A stretch of DNA of 64,000 nt from an uncultured Rivularia sp. (GCA_963665115.1 OY762007.1:3008001-3072000); one strand, 5' to 3'; shown: positions 20,701-34,166, counted from the first letter of the stretch. Made by a program: numbers and translations. The notes: generated by a model not told the origin, from the letters alone.

Positions 20701-23199
20701 ATGCAAACTATGGATTAATTTTGGGTACAGTTTTAGGAGATTATCAAACTGGCTATGAATTTGGCAAACTTGCTTATAACCTGAGTGAAATCTTCCAAAA
20801 CCAGGGGCAACTCTGTAAAGCAAGTTTGCTATTGAGTGGTTGGTTAACAAGCTGGAGTCAACCCATCGATGATGCCGAAAAAGTTGCTCTTAGTGGGTAT
20901 CAAGCAGGTTTAGAATCTGGAGAAATTCAATTTGCAGGTTACAATCTGTTTGCTTTGGGCTGCATTCTGCATTTTAAAGGTACTAAACTACAGCAAATTC
21001 AAGAAGGAATCAGTAATTGGTTGCCTTTTGTAGAGAAAACCAAAAATCAGCTCGCACTTGAAATATTATCGGCGCTTCAGTTTCAATGTCTCTAAATTGT
21101 TAGGGGAAAATAGCCCTAACATTAAATTGACTCACTACCAAAGCCCAATAGCAGTTGCAATCGATTGTATCTACCAGTGTCAAAAATATTACTTACTAAA
21201 CCAGTCCGAAGCATCTTTAAATCATGCCTTAGAAGCAGAAAAATTGACATTAGCGATCGCCGGTTTTGTGACTTCTGGAGAATATCATTTTTATGTTCCT
21301 TTAGTGTTTCTCAATCGCTTACCTTTAATGCAGAAAGAGCAACAACAATCATACTGGGAGAAAGTAAAGACACATCAACAAAAACTGAAAATTTGGACTG
21401 AACAATGCCCGCAAAACTTCCAACATAAATACTTTCTATTACAAGCAGAAATCAACCGAGTTAATGGCAATTTTGCAAATGCTATTGAATATTATGACAA
21501 AGCTATCTCTGAGGCTTCGGCTAACAAATACATTCATGAACTTGCCCTTTCTAACGAATTAGCAGCTAAATTCTACCTGGATTGGGACAAAGAAAAATTA
21601 GCCCAAATATATATGCAAGAAGCTTACTATTGCTACACAGAATGGGGAAGTAAAGCAAAAACTGACGATTTAGAAAAACGCTATTTTCAACTGCTTGCAC
21701 CCATATTTAAAAACTTTGATAAATCGGAATTGATCGATCAAACTATTCAAATAACTAGTTCGAGTAGCAGCAGTATTTCCGAAAATCTCGATTTCGCTAG
21801 CATTCTTAAAGCAACACAAGCTCTATCAAGTGAAATTAAATTAGAGCAGTTAATTTCCAAGTTAATGCAAGTGGTGATGGAAAATGCTGGAGCCAAAAAA
21901 GCCGCTTTGATTTTGCTCGACGATGATAATCTGATGCTCAAAGCAGTAGCTGCTACCTCCTCTAGTATAAAGCTGCTCAATTTACGGTACCAAGACAGCG
22001 AAGATATCCCTGCTACATTAATTAACTATGTCAAAAGAAGTTTAAAAACAATCGTATTAGATAATGCAACACAAAACCCGGATTTTATCGCCGATTCATA
22101 TTTAATGGAGCAACAACCGAAAAGTTTACTTTGTATGCCGATTTTGAATCAAGGTAAATTAATCGGATTATTATATTTAGAAAATAACTTGACGATTGGT
22201 GCATTTACCCAAAATCGTGTAGACACTCTTAATTTGCTCTGCACCCAAACAGCTATTTCTTTGGAAAACGCTCAACTTTACAGCAAATTAGCAAACTATT
22301 CTCATACTTTAGAACAAAAAGTAGAACAGCGAACTCAAGAAGTAACCCAAAAAGCAACTCAATTAGAATCAACTTTAAAAGAATTACAACGCACTCAAGC
22401 CCAATTAATTCAAACTGAAAAAATGTCCGGTTTGGGACAACTTGTGGCTGGAATTGCTCACGAAATCAATAATCCCATCGGCTTTATTTACGGTAATCTC
22501 ACCCCAGCTTCTGAATATACTTTAGATTTAATTGAACTAATTAATTTATATCAAAAGCTTTATCCTCAATCTCTACCTGAAATTGCAGACAAAGTTGACG
22601 ATATAGACTTAGATTATTTAATTGAGGATTTACCAAAACTACTTGATTCAATGAAAATAGGTGCAAAGCGGATTCGTGAAATTGTTGTGTCATTACGAAA
22701 CTTTTCTCGCTTAGATGAAGCCGAACTAAAACCAGTAGATATTTACTCTGGGATTGATAGCACTCTGTTAATTTTGCAGCATCAACTCAACTCAAGTAGT
22801 AAATATCCAGAAATTGAAGTAATTAAAAACTATAGTCAACTTCCAGAAACTAATTGCTATGCTTCTCAATTAAATCAAGTGTTTATAAATATTATCGGTA
22901 ACGCAATTCATGCTTTGCGAGAAAAGCAGGAAGACAAACCAATAATTACAATTAGCACTTCGCTTAAAGATGAGCAAAATATATTAATTAGTATCAGAGA
23001 TAATGGTGTTGGAATTAGTCAATCCATTTTAAATAAGATATTCGACCCATTTTTTACTACAAAACCAGTCGGTAGCGGTACGGGTTTGGGATTATCAACA
23101 AGCTATTCAATTGTCGTAAAAAAACATCGGGGTAATTTGAGTTGCATTTCTGCTCCGGGAGAGGGAACAGAATTTTTGATTGAATTACCTATCAAATAA
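17733..23199 (+). pseudogene. Second Ser/Thr kinase-AAA-GAF-His kinase, interrupted by in-frame TAA (20289-20291) and a frameshift (~21083)
   Basis: Three ORF pieces are collinear with paralogue 1833-7259; the frame continues past the TAA into ORF 20457. Confidence 0.85.
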
Positions 23200-23286
23200 T
23201 TAGATAAAATCTAATGTTTCCGATCATTTTTGGTTCTAAGAACGATAAAACTATTTTTATATATGTCTATTTTTTTGGTCATTTGT

Positions 23287-23295
23287 GGGAATACT
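23287..23295 (+). promoter_or_regulatory. J-Box-like element GGGAATACT
   Basis: Exact motif, followed by a decayed kinase-gene start. Confidence 0.6.
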
Positions 23296-23452
23296 AAATC
23301 CAGAAGCATTAGGAATTTAGCAGTATGGTTTTCTTTATATATCGCATTTTAGAAAAAAGTATCAAGCTTCTAGAAACATTATCTATCGTCCCCGATAAGC
23401 GGACATTTGCATTGCTTACAACTTTCAATAAATGCAAAGCCGGTAACTGGGT

Positions 23453-25372
23453 ATGAAAATTAAAAATAAAATTATTTACGGTTACGTAGTTGCATTGGGA
23501 ATTGCATTAGTAGGAACGGGAATAGGACTATTTGTAGGGAACCATCATCAACAACAAGCACTACAAGCTCGACAAAGAGCTTCTACTGAAAGAAAATTTA
23601 TCAGCAAATTGCAAGTTGATATTTTGTACAATCGTCTTACTAAGCAACTAACGCCCCATTTGCAAAATCGGCAAGCTTTTCGTAACGAAGGTATGAAGTT
23701 AATTGAGCGCATCGACAAAATTCAAGCATTGTTGACTACCCATAATCAATCGGGTAGAGCTACTACTTTAAAAGGGTTACAGCCTCTACTTGAAGACTAC
23801 AAGATCGCCGTTGCTGAGTTTGCCGAGATGTCGCGAAATACTATCGCCGAGATAGATGCATTATTAATCGCATCACCCGACAACAGAGAAAAAGCCGAAA
23901 AGCTGGTGGTTAATTTAGCAAAAAGCCCGGAGTTTGCTAAATTTGTTGATTTTTCCGACCGATTGACAAAGTTTTATCAAATTGCAGAAAAACAAGAAAA
24001 TCATCATGAAAATTACTTATTTCAGGCAGAAAAAAACCGTACTCAAATTATCATTATAAGTTTGGGAACATCTATCGCCATCGGGATTATTCTAGCTGTG
24101 TATATTAGTAGAACGATTGCCCATCCCATTCAAAATTTAAATCAAATAGCCTTACAGGTTACTAAAGAAGATAACTTTACTCTACAAGCTCACCTTGAAA
24201 GCAAAGACGAAGTAGGATTGCTATCTTCTTCTTTTAATCAACTTATTTATCGTGTTAACCAACTTTTACTCGAACAGCAAATCTACACAGAAAAACTCGA
24301 ATATACCAAAGAAGTTGCTGATGCAGCCAATCAAGCTAAAAGTGAATTTCTGGCGAACATGAGCCACGAACTTCGTACCCCCCTTAACGGTATTTTGGGC
24401 TATGCTCAGGTTCTCCAACAGTCAAAAGAATTAAAAGAAAAAGAACATCATGGACTGCAAATTATTTACGAATGCGGTTCTCATCTACTCACCGTTATTA
24501 ATGACATCCTAGATATTTCTAAGATAGAAGCTGGCAAATTTGAATTGGAATTGAAGGAGATTCACTTTCCTTCTTTTTTGCAAGGAGCGATAGAAATCTG
24601 TCGCTTGCAGGCAGATCAAAAAGCAATTAACTTTGTTTATGAACCCGATCTGAATCTCCCCACGGTTATCTTAGCTGATGAAAAACGACTCCGCCAAGTG
24701 CTACTAAACCTCCTCAATAATGCCATCAAATTTACCGAGCAAGGCAGTGTCACCTTCAGAGTTAAATACATCAACTCCGAGAAATTAGCAAAACAACCTA
24801 TTGCCTCTATCTGCTTCCAAGTCGAAGATACAGGTATTGGCATTTCTGATAGCGAGCAGGCAAAAATCTTTCGTTCCTTTGAACAATCAAGTAACAAAAA
24901 ATACCACATGGAAGGAACGGGGTTAGGTTTAGCAATTAGTCAAAAAATTGTTGAACTCATGGGGAGCAAAATTCAAGTTGAGAGCCAACTGGGGTTAGGT
25001 AGTACTTTCAGCTTTGAAGTCAACTTAGATATTTCTGAAAACTTGGCACAACAGGAGTCTGTGAATAACGAAGGGCAATTTATCGGTTATGAAGGTGTTC
25101 CTCAGCTAACTTGGAAATATGACAAAGTTGATTCTACCTTAGCTTTTAACATTAGTGAAGATAATGAGGCAGAACTAGTTTTACCAACCACTGAAGATTT
25201 ACATATTCTGTTGAAATTAACGCAGGATGGTTCATTGAGCAAACTAATGAAAGCCGCTGAAGAAATTGGTCTGCATCCCAATTACCTGCCTTTTGCTGAG
25301 AAAATTATACATTTAGCTAAGCAATGCGAACTAGAAAAAATAGAGGAACTGCTGCAAGCAAGCCTTACTTAA
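23453..25372 (+). CDS. Membrane HAMP histidine kinase lacking a receiver domain
   Basis: Two TM segments, HAMP ([13 protein letters not shown]), SHELRTPL, HATPase, helical C-terminal tail. Confidence 0.9.
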   Translation: MKIKNKIIYGYVVALGIALVGTGIGLFVGNHHQQQALQARQRASTERKFISKLQVDILYNRLTKQLTPHLQNRQAFRNEGMKLIERIDKIQALLTTHNQSGRATTLKGLQPLLEDYKIAVAEFAEMSRNTIAEIDALLIASPDNREKAEKLVVNLAKSPEFAKFVDFSDRLTKFYQIAEKQENHHENYLFQAEKNRTQIIIISLGTSIAIGIILAVYISRTIAHPIQNLNQIALQVTKEDNFTLQAHLESKDEVGLLSSSFNQLIYRVNQLLLEQQIYTEKLEYTKEVADAANQAKSEFLANMSHELRTPLNGILGYAQVLQQSKELKEKEHHGLQIIYECGSHLLTVINDILDISKIEAGKFELELKEIHFPSFLQGAIEICRLQADQKAINFVYEPDLNLPTVILADEKRLRQVLLNLLNNAIKFTEQGSVTFRVKYINSEKLAKQPIASICFQVEDTGIGISDSEQAKIFRSFEQSSNKKYHMEGTGLGLAISQKIVELMGSKIQVESQLGLGSTFSFEVNLDISENLAQQESVNNEGQFIGYEGVPQLTWKYDKVDSTLAFNISEDNEAELVLPTTEDLHILLKLTQDGSLSKLMKAAEEIGLHPNYLPFAEKIIHLAKQCELEKIEELLQASLT

Positions 25373-25469
25373 GCTAATTATCAAACTGCTCTATATTTGG
25401 AGAAATTGTTAAATTAGCTGAATAAATTAAAAATTAATAACTAAATTTTGCTTGTTTTTTCAACGATTT

Positions 25470-25478
25470 GGGAATACT
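25470..25478 (+). promoter_or_regulatory. J-Box-like element GGGAATACT
   Basis: Exact motif with GATTT prefix, upstream of the Cache-domain kinase. Confidence 0.6.
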
Positions 25479-25721
25479 AGGCAAACTAACATGACTAAGA
25501 GGATGCTTTAAAACTACTCAGGTGGTAAAAACTGCTATTACATTGCTCGTTGTTCACCGATGTGAACCCAGAGGGGTTTTGTTTATGTAGCTAAGCCAGT
25601 GCGTTGCGCGGGAACTACGGTTTCAAGCGTCGGGTGAAGTATGAAATTAGGCTTTCCCAACAACCTTGAAGCAATTGCGAATTACTTTGACTTTAATTTA
25701 TCCCTATTTATTCAAATAATA

Positions 25722-28466
25722 ATGAATAATTCTAAAAAAATATCTCTGCGGCTATTGCTGATTTTACCTTTTATTTTGCAAATTTTTGCTGCGGTAGGAT
25801 TAACTGGTTGGCTTTCGCTCCGCAACGGACATAAGGCAGTCAATGATGTTGCCAGTCAGTTAAGAAGTGAAGTCAGCGATCGCATTAAGCTACGGGTTTT
25901 TTCTTACCTCAACGATCCTCATACGGTTAATGCCGTAGTTGCCGAGGCTATGGAAGCGGGACAAATCGATGTCAACGATCTACCGGCTTTAGAACAATAT
26001 TTCTGGCGATTGGTAGATAAAAAAATCGTCAACTATCTTCAGTTTGGCAGTATAGATGGATACAACGTTGCTGTCGAGCGGGTGCAAGAAAATCTACTGG
26101 TGGCTCGATATCGAGATGCTTCCACCGCGCCGATTCGGGAAGTGTACAGCCTTGATAATCGTGGCGATCGCACCAAACTGGTTAAGTCGAAAGAGTACGA
26201 TCCTCGAACCCGCCCTTGGTATACAACTACCGTTGAAGCGAATGCTCCTTTTTGGAGTCCGTTTTACGCCAGAGCAGCTAGCAATCGTCCCGTTGTTGCG
26301 ATTTCTCCTTCTCAACCTATTTACGATAAATCGGGCAAACTCTTAGGGGTTCTGCAAAATCTTTTTGAAGTCGGTCAAATTAGCGATTTTTTAGCAAGTA
26401 TTAAAATTGGTAATACGGGACAAACCTTTGTTATTGAAAGAAATGGAAATATGGTTGCTAGCTCCAAAATTGAGCAGCCATATATTGTTGAAGGTAAGAA
26501 AGTTGGCAGAATTAAAGCTGTAAATTCTAGCGATAGTATTATTAGTGCTACTGCGAAATATCTAAATCAAAAATTTGGCAGTCTTGATAAGATTACCAAA
26601 AGCCACCAGTTAGAATTTGATTTCCAAGGGGAGCGTCAGTTTGTTCAGGTGTTGCCGATTAACGATGGAAGGGGCGTGGATTGGCTGAGTATTGTTGTTG
26701 TTCCCGAATCCGACTTTATGGGACAAATCGATGCTAATACCCGCACCACTATTTTGCTGTGTTTAGCTGCTCTCATTATTGCCACACTCTTGGGTATTTT
26801 TACCTCTCGCTGGATTACCAAACCCATCCTAATGTTAAGCCAAGCTTCCGAGGCGATCGCCACAGGTAAACTAGATCAAAATGTCGGTAAATCTCAAGTT
26901 AATGAGATTGATATTTTAGCTCAGGCTTTTAACCGTATGGCTGCCCAACTGCAATCTGCATTTAATGCGCTGCACCAAAGTAATGAGGCATTGGAACACC
27001 GGGTTGAAGCACGCACCCAAGAATTAAAGGAAGCGAAAGAAATTGCCGATGCAGCCAATCAAGCGAAAAGTGAATTTTTGGCGAATATGAGTCACGAACT
27101 TCGTACTCCTCTTAACGGTATTTTAGGCTATGCCCAAATCCTTAAACGCTCCAAGCAATTAAAAGAAAAAGAAGATCGTGGAGTTCAAATTATTCACCAG
27201 TGCGCTTCTCATCTACTCACTCTGATTAATGACATTTTAGATATTTCTAAGATAGAAGCGCGTAAATTAGAATTAGAATTCAAAGAGATTCACTTTCCAT
27301 CTTTCTTGCAAGGAGTGATGGAAATCTGTCGCGTGCAGGCTGAAAAAAAAGGAATTGACTTTATTTACGAATCGGATGCTAATCTTCCCACAGGTATTTT
27401 GGCAGATGAAAAACGACTACGGCAAGTATTAATTAACCTCCTCAGTAATGCCATAAAATTTACCGAGAAAGGTAGCGTCACCTTGAGAGTTAAATATATC
27501 AACCCCGACGAGATATTACCAACGGAACAACCCATCGCTTCAATCGTGTTCCAAATCGAAGATACAGGAATTGGTATTGCTGATAGCCAGAAGACGCAAA
27601 TCTTCGGTTCCTTCGAGCAAGTAGGCGATAAAAAACGGCAAGCGGAGGGAACGGGTTTAGGTTTAGCAATTAGTCAAAAAATTGTTGAACTCATGGGTAG
27701 CAAGATTGAAGTTGAAAGCCAACTTGGTAGCGGTAGTACTTTTAGTTTTGAAGTCAGCTTAAATATTTCTGACAGCTGGGCAAAACAAATGTCGGCTGAT
27801 AATCAAGGGCAAATCGTAGGTTATCAAGGTGTTCCTCGCCATCTTCTAATCGTGGATGATTTATGGGAAAACCGCTCAGTTTTGATGGAATTACTAAAGC
27901 CACTTAATTTTAAATTAACTGAAGCCGAAAACGGTAAAGAAGCATTATTCAAAGCCAAACAACAACCATTTGATTTGATTTTAACTGACATCATGATGCC
28001 GGAAATGGACGGCTTTGAAATGCTCAAACAGCTACGCAATGACTCTGAAATTAAGCATATAACTACGATTATTTCATCGGCATCAGTATCGGATATAGAT
28101 CGAACTAGTAGTTTAGATGCAGGTGCTAATGATTTTCTGCCCAAACCTGTAGATGCAGAAGAATTATTTATCATTCTTGCCAAACACCTACAGCTAACTT
28201 GGAAATATGATGAAACTGAAATAAGATCGGCCACTGTAGTCAGCGATAATGATAATGTAGAGCTAATTTTACCAACCGTCGAAGACTTACAAACTTTATT
28301 AGCATTATCGCAGAATGGTTCGGTGAGTAAGTTAATGAAAACGGTTGAGGAGATTGCTCAAAATAACGATTCTTATCTACCTTTTACTCAAAAAATTGTC
28401 CAGTTATTAAATCAATTTGAATTAGAAGAAGTTGAGTTATTGCTGCAAGAAAGCCTTCAAAATTAG
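25722..28466 (+). CDS. Cache-HAMP hybrid histidine kinase with REC domain
   Basis: YDPRTRPWY Cache motif, [17 protein letters not shown] receiver; likely start [10 protein letters not shown] at 25722 rather than 25641. Confidence 0.92.
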   Translation: MNNSKKISLRLLLILPFILQIFAAVGLTGWLSLRNGHKAVNDVASQLRSEVSDRIKLRVFSYLNDPHTVNAVVAEAMEAGQIDVNDLPALEQYFWRLVDKKIVNYLQFGSIDGYNVAVERVQENLLVARYRDASTAPIREVYSLDNRGDRTKLVKSKEYDPRTRPWYTTTVEANAPFWSPFYARAASNRPVVAISPSQPIYDKSGKLLGVLQNLFEVGQISDFLASIKIGNTGQTFVIERNGNMVASSKIEQPYIVEGKKVGRIKAVNSSDSIISATAKYLNQKFGSLDKITKSHQLEFDFQGERQFVQVLPINDGRGVDWLSIVVVPESDFMGQIDANTRTTILLCLAALIIATLLGIFTSRWITKPILMLSQASEAIATGKLDQNVGKSQVNEIDILAQAFNRMAAQLQSAFNALHQSNEALEHRVEARTQELKEAKEIADAANQAKSEFLANMSHELRTPLNGILGYAQILKRSKQLKEKEDRGVQIIHQCASHLLTLINDILDISKIEARKLELEFKEIHFPSFLQGVMEICRVQAEKKGIDFIYESDANLPTGILADEKRLRQVLINLLSNAIKFTEKGSVTLRVKYINPDEILPTEQPIASIVFQIEDTGIGIADSQKTQIFGSFEQVGDKKRQAEGTGLGLAISQKIVELMGSKIEVESQLGSGSTFSFEVSLNISDSWAKQMSADNQGQIVGYQGVPRHLLIVDDLWENRSVLMELLKPLNFKLTEAENGKEALFKAKQQPFDLILTDIMMPEMDGFEMLKQLRNDSEIKHITTIISSASVSDIDRTSSLDAGANDFLPKPVDAEELFIILAKHLQLTWKYDETEIRSATVVSDNDNVELILPTVEDLQTLLALSQNGSVSKLMKTVEEIAQNNDSYLPFTQKIVQLLNQFELEEVELLLQESLQN

Positions 28467-28593
28467 TAATCTATAAACTGATGAATGGGCATGGGAATGG
28501 GGCATAGGGCATGGGGTAATAGGTAATAGGTAAACATAATGATTAAAGATATTTGTTAACTTTTAACTCCTAAATCTTTAATCCAATTCCCAA

Positions 28594-28890
28594 TTACTTT
28601 TGTTTTCTCAAAGCTTCCACTTGCGATTTTAATTGAGCTATTTCTTGTGCCATCTCTAACACCATCGATGCACCAATTAAATTCAAACCCAAATCTTGAC
28701 GCAAACGAATAATTTGAATGATGCGAGTTACATCTTGGGGACGTAACATTGCTCCTTCTGGCTCGATTAAACCCAGGCTGGTAAAGCGTTCAATAACAGT
28801 AACTGATGTTTGTGTAATTGTGGCAGCTTGCTCAAAACTGATTAAGTTTTCTCCCTCAAGAGAGACTACGACGCGGGATATTTGGCTCAT
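28594..28890 (-). CDS. cbpM: Chaperone modulator CbpM (MerR-like)
   Basis: RLRQDLGLNLIG motif; directly downstream of a CbpA-type DnaJ. Confidence 0.85.
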   Translation of the reverse strand: MSQISRVVVSLEGENLISFEQAATITQTSVTVIERFTSLGLIEPEGAMLRPQDVTRIIQIIRLRQDLGLNLIGASMVLEMAQEIAQLKSQVEALRKQK

Positions 28891-29020
28891 AAGTTAGTAC
28901 CTGAAAATGGGGGAGGGGGACATTCTTAAAGTAGCGAGTAGAGAGTAGAGAGTAAAAAAGTAATGAGTAAAAATTGGGGAATAGATCGTTGAGGAGCCGA
29001 AATAGGAACGAATTGGTAGT

Positions 29021-30008
29021 TTACTTGCTACTCGCTACTCCTAACTCCATCTCTTTGCGCGGATTAAAATTACTTTCTTGCTGGATTTTTTCGTAATATT
29101 CTTTTTCTTTGTCGGTTAATTCTTTTGGTGTAACAATTTTTAGCTTGACAATTTGGTCGGTTCTTTCTCCTTTGGGTTTGCGCCAGCCTTTGCCGCGTAA
29201 CCGCAGAGATTGAGCGGAATCAATTCCTGGAGGTATTTTCATGGTAACGTTACCGTCGGGTGTGGGTACGTCGATTTCGGCTCCTAAAGCTGCTTCGGGA
29301 GGGGTAATCGGGACTTCGCAAACGATATTATCATCTTCAAAACTGAAAAAAGCATGGGGTTTTAATTCTATATTTAAATATAAATCTCCGCGCTGACCGG
29401 AGAAAGGGCTAGGTTGTCCTTTACCTTTAACTCGCAGACGACTACCGGGTTTTGCTCCGGGTGGAATGCGGACTTTGATTGTTTCATCGCCCAATTTAAA
29501 CTGTTGCTGTACGCCGTTGAAAGCTTCAGAAAAAGAAAGTGCGATCGCTGCTTCTACATCTTGCCCAGGTTGGTTAAATCCTTCGCTACTATTTGAGGTA
29601 CGGTAATTATAAGTTCTTCTGCTGCCGCCACTACCAGCTTTACCCCTTATAAGTTCTTCAATAAAATCATCAAAGCTGCCGTATTGACTAAAATCATAGC
29701 CGCCTACATCTACACCAACTCCACCTCTGGGAGTCGCACCAGGTTGGGATTGTTGCTGACGTTGACTTGCTGTCTGCTGCCAATATTGCCCGTATTGGTT
29801 GTATTTCTGCCGTTTTTCGGGATCTGAAAGTACTTCTTGAGCTTCGTTGATTTCTTTAAAGCGGTTTTCTGCTTTTTTGTCACCGGGATTCAAATCTGGA
29901 TGATATTTTCTCGCCAGTTTGCGGAAAGCTTTTTTGATATCATCCTGAGACGCACTTTTACTTACACCCAGAAACCTGATAATAATCTTTAAAATTACTT
30001 GCTGCCAT
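29021..30008 (-). CDS. cbpA: DnaJ class B / CbpA-type protein, +1 frameshift near 29974
   Basis: [12 protein letters not shown] start at 30008, J-domain YHPD, G/F region, DnaJ_C, no zinc finger. Confidence 0.85.
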
Positions 30009-30328
30009 TGTTATTTATGGTTGGGAATTGGGAATTGGGCATTGAGAATTGGGCATTTGATAATTGGTAACATTTAAAATATTTGCTCATAGTTTGCACA
30101 TTAGGCTTCTTCCCGAAGAAAGATTCATAAAAATATAAATTGTAAAACTGTAGGCAGATAATTTAAGATAATTTTATTGTTAGCTTGGCAAATTATCAAT
30201 TTTTATATAATTTCTAAAGTATGACTTAATTACTATCGCAACTTCTCTCAAAATTTCCAAATAATTATTTACATCTTTTTACATACAGTTTCTAAAATCA
30301 TAATTTATAAATTTACTTTATCCATTTT

Positions 30329-31792
30329 ATGGATTTAGCAATAACTCTTAACAACAATTCATCTAAACCCTTACACCAACAACTTTACGAACAACTTCGT
30401 CAAGCAATTCTTACCGGAAGATTAACACCAGGGGAACGAATTCCTTCAACTCGTTTTTTAGCTGAATCTCTGTCAATTTCTCGTTTTACAGTTACCACAA
30501 GTTACGAGCAACTTTTAAGTGAAGGTTATTTAGAAACAGTTACGGGTAGTGGTACTTTTGTTTGTCAGCAAATTCCTGACGATTTAATCCATTCAAATCC
30601 AATTGAAAATATCAAAAAAATTAATCCTGCACCAATTAAATTATCTCAATATGGAGATTTAGTTAATACGAAAAATGTCCCCAGAATTCCAGAAGCGAAA
30701 TTACAAATCAACTTTCGTTATGGAACACCAGCACTCAGCGAATTTCCGATCAAAACATGGCGCAGATTATTATCGCGTTACTGTAACGCTAACTTAGATT
30801 GGCTCGATTATTCAACAGAGCCTTTAGGATATCAACCTTTACGAAAAGCGATCGCACATTATCTTACCCGCTCCCGTGCGGTAAATTGCCAACCTGAGCA
30901 GATATTAATTACTAACGGTACCCAACAAGCACTCGATTTAATTTTGCGTTTATTAATTTCGCCGGAAGAAACTATAGCAATTGAAAATCCCGGTTATTTA
31001 AGCGCCAGAATTATATTTGAAACTCAAAATGCTTATGTTTTACCCGTTTCCGTGGATAATTCGGGTTTAATAGTACAAGAATTAGCCGATTCTACACAAA
31101 AAAATATTCGATTAGTTTACGTAACACCTTCTCATCAATTCCCCACCGGAGCAATTTTATCCTTACCCAGACGTTTGGAATTATTAAATTGGGCGCAACA
31201 AAGCGGGGGATTAATAATTGAAGATGATTATGATAGCGAATTTAGATATGGTGAAAAACCAATTCCGGCATTACAAGGATTAGATAAAAGTGATTCGGTA
31301 CTTTACATCGGGACGTTTTCAAAAGTATTATTTCCTTCATTACGAATCGGTTATTTAGTACTTCCAAAAAGTTTAGTTTCAATATTCACCCGTGCAAAAT
31401 GGTTGAATGACAGACATTTACCAATTTTAGAACAGCAAGTGCTTGCAGAATTTATCAACGAAGGACATTTAGAACGTCATATTAGAAAAATGCGTTCAAT
31501 ATACGATAAACGCCGTCAAGTTTTAGTAAAAGCCTTAAAAAAACACTTTGGAAAACGCGCCAAAATTTTAGGAGAAAAAGCCGGAATTCACCTGATGGTG
31601 TGCTTCAAAAGTAACTTGAGTGACGCAGAAATTATTCAAAAGGCTACAACAGTTGGTATAGGAATGATATCTGCCAATCCCCATTATTTGGTAAATCATC
31701 CCACGGGTGAATTTATTTTCGGTTACGGCGATTTGACAGAAACACAGCTTACCGAGGGAATTCGTAGATTATCTGGAATAATTTCTAAATAA
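30329..31792 (+). CDS. GntR/MocR family PLP-dependent transcriptional regulator
   Basis: N-terminal wHTH (PSTRFLAESLSISR), EDDYDSEF, GTFSK aminotransferase fold. Confidence 0.93.
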   Translation: MDLAITLNNNSSKPLHQQLYEQLRQAILTGRLTPGERIPSTRFLAESLSISRFTVTTSYEQLLSEGYLETVTGSGTFVCQQIPDDLIHSNPIENIKKINPAPIKLSQYGDLVNTKNVPRIPEAKLQINFRYGTPALSEFPIKTWRRLLSRYCNANLDWLDYSTEPLGYQPLRKAIAHYLTRSRAVNCQPEQILITNGTQQALDLILRLLISPEETIAIENPGYLSARIIFETQNAYVLPVSVDNSGLIVQELADSTQKNIRLVYVTPSHQFPTGAILSLPRRLELLNWAQQSGGLIIEDDYDSEFRYGEKPIPALQGLDKSDSVLYIGTFSKVLFPSLRIGYLVLPKSLVSIFTRAKWLNDRHLPILEQQVLAEFINEGHLERHIRKMRSIYDKRRQVLVKALKKHFGKRAKILGEKAGIHLMVCFKSNLSDAEIIQKATTVGIGMISANPHYLVNHPTGEFIFGYGDLTETQLTEGIRRLSGIISK

Positions 31793-31803
31793 CTAATAAT
31801 TAT

Positions 31804-31860
31804 CCCTCTCCTTAATAAGGAGAGGGAAAGATTTACCGTAGGTAAAGCGAGGGTGAGGTT
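31804..31860. repeat. Dispersed palindromic repeat CCCTCTCCTTAATAAGGAGAGGG...AGGGTGAGGTT
   Basis: Perfect palindrome; reverse complement matches the in-frame insert at 2536-2570. Confidence 0.7.
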
Positions 31861-31891
31861 TCGATTATGCAAAAATTTTATTCTTACTAAA

Positions 31892-31920
31892 AAACCCGGT
31901 ATCTTGTAGATAGCGGGTTT
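31892..31920. terminator. Possible bidirectional terminator hairpin between convergent genes
   Basis: AAACCCG...CGGGTTT stem flanked by A/T runs. Confidence 0.45.
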
Positions 31921-31955
31921 CTTTATTTCCAAAACTATTCTTCAAACAATCTATA

Positions 31956-33549
31956 CTAAGCACTCACTTCCTGCTTCCGCTTACTTAGTAATGCTCCGTA
32001 CAAACGATTCAATGCATTTACATAAGCCTGAGCCGATGCAACGATAATGTCTGTATTAGCAGAACGTCCCGAATAAATCTTATCTTCATACTTTAAGCGA
32101 ATCGTTACTTCCCCAATCGCATCAATACCAGCAGTTACCGATTGTACGGAAAACTCAATCAAGTTATTCGGTACATTTACTACGCGGTTAATGGCTTTAT
32201 ATACAGCATCTACAGGGTCCCGTACCAATCGCTGCGTCGATTAATTCTTCTCCTTCAGGATTGCGTAGAGTTACGGTTGCGGTAGGACTTGCATTGCTAC
32301 CACAAGAAACTTGTACCAATTCCAACTTGAACAATTCGGGTGCTTGTTGAATTTCATCATTAACAAGCGCTTCTAAATCCCAATCGGTAATTTCTTTCTT
32401 TTTATCAGCAACTTCTTTAAATCTAACAAATGCTTTGTTTAATTCATTTTCTGACAGTTCAAAGCCTAATTCTTTCAAACGACTACGAACGGCATTTCTT
32501 CCAGATAGCTTGCCCAAAACAATTTTATTTTCTGTCAAACCAATTGATTCGGCATCCATTATTTCATAAGTAAGCTTGTTTTTTAACACGCCATCTTGAT
32601 GAATTCCGGATTCATGAGCAAAAGCATTTATTCCGACAATTGCTTTGTTTGGCTGTACCATCATTCCCGTTAAGTTGGAAACCAAACGAGAAGTTTTATA
32701 TATATGTTTGGTGTCAATATTAGTTAATGGTGCTTCCGAATCTACATCTCTTCCTAAGAAAGGATTGAAATATTGTCTGCGAACGTGCAAAGCCATGACT
32801 AATTCTTCTAAAGCTGCATTCCCCGCACGTTCTCCAATACCATTGATGGTACATTCTAATTGTCTTGCACCATTTTTTACTGCTTCTAAAAAGTTAGCAA
32901 CAGCTAAACCTAAATCATTGTGTCCGTGAACAGAAATAATCGCTTTATCAATGTTTGGAACATTATCTTTAATTCCTTTAATTAAAGCCCCAAATTCACT
33001 CGGAGTTGTATATCCAACGGTATCGGGAATGTTAACTGTTGTTGCTCCAGCTGCGATTGCTCTTTCCAATACTTGGTAAAGATATTCTGGATCGGAACGT
33101 ACTGCATCCATTGGAGAAAACTCTACATCTTCTATAAAAGATTTAGAGTAAGCAACCATTTCTTCTGCTATTGATAGTACTTCTTCTCTAGTTTTCTTTA
33201 ACTGATATTTTAAGTGGATATCAGAAGTTGAAATAAAAGTGTGAATTCTTCCCTTCACAGCAGGTTTTAAAGCTTCGGCTGCCGCTTTGATATCGTTTTT
33301 AATTGCTCTTGCCAAACTACAGATTACCGGGCCATCTTCGGTACCTACAGTTTGAGCGATTTTGCTAACAGCTTCAAAATCTCCAGGACTTGTAACAGCA
33401 AAACCTGCTTCAATTACATCCACACCCAAACGGGCTAGCTGCTTGGCAATAGTTAACTTTTCATCGATATTTAACGCTGCTCCCGGAGATTGTTCTCCGT
33501 CGCGGAGAGTGGTATCAAAAATAATGATTCGTTCTGGATTTGTTTTCAT
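31956..33549 (-). CDS. leuA: 2-isopropylmalate synthase, +1 frameshift near 32216
   Basis: [38 protein letters not shown]; regulatory domain GPVDA split by one extra C. Confidence 0.95.
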
Positions 33550-33644
33550 AACCCTGTTTTTGTCGTTCATATCGAAGGTGCCGGAGCAATACTTTCTAGT
33601 TTAATTTTTTTTACTATTAATTTTCTAAATAATTGTAAAGATTA

Positions 33645-34166
33645 TTAAGCTTCAGTTTTTTCTATACTGTTTCTAATTTCATTTAAATCAATATATCTAT
33701 CGGTGACATTACGTAATTCTCGTGCTATCATTCCCTCTGTAGACACGACAGTTATATGAGTGTTTTTCGAGCGTAATAATTCAATTGCTCTTTCAAAATC
33801 TCCATCTCCACTAAATAAAATTACTTTGTCATATTGGTCTACTGTATTAAACATATCTACGACAATTTCAATATCTAAATTGGCTTTTTGAGAGTAACGT
33901 CCGGAGGAATCGTCATAATATTCTTTAAGTATTTTAGTTCGTACCGTATATCCTAAACTAATTAGAGCATCCCTAAAACCTCGTTGATCCTGTGGGTCTT
34001 TTAAGCCTGTATACCAAAACGCATTAATTAAATCTGTATGTATATGTTCGTATTTGAAGTATTCTAATACTCGTCGCGGATCGAAAAACCAACCGTTCTT
34101 TTGTTGAGCATAGAACATATTATTTCCGTCTACAAAAATAGACAGACGAGTCATACGAGATTCCAT
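33645..34166 (-). CDS. labA: NYN/LabA-family protein
   Basis: IFVDGNNMFY and FSGDGDF NYN motifs; resembles cyanobacterial LabA. Confidence 0.75.
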   Translation of the reverse strand: MESRMTRLSIFVDGNNMFYAQQKNGWFFDPRRVLEYFKYEHIHTDLINAFWYTGLKDPQDQRGFRDALISLGYTVRTKILKEYYDDSSGRYSQKANLDIEIVVDMFNTVDQYDKVILFSGDGDFERAIELLRSKNTHITVVSTEGMIARELRNVTDRYIDLNEIRNSIEKTEA

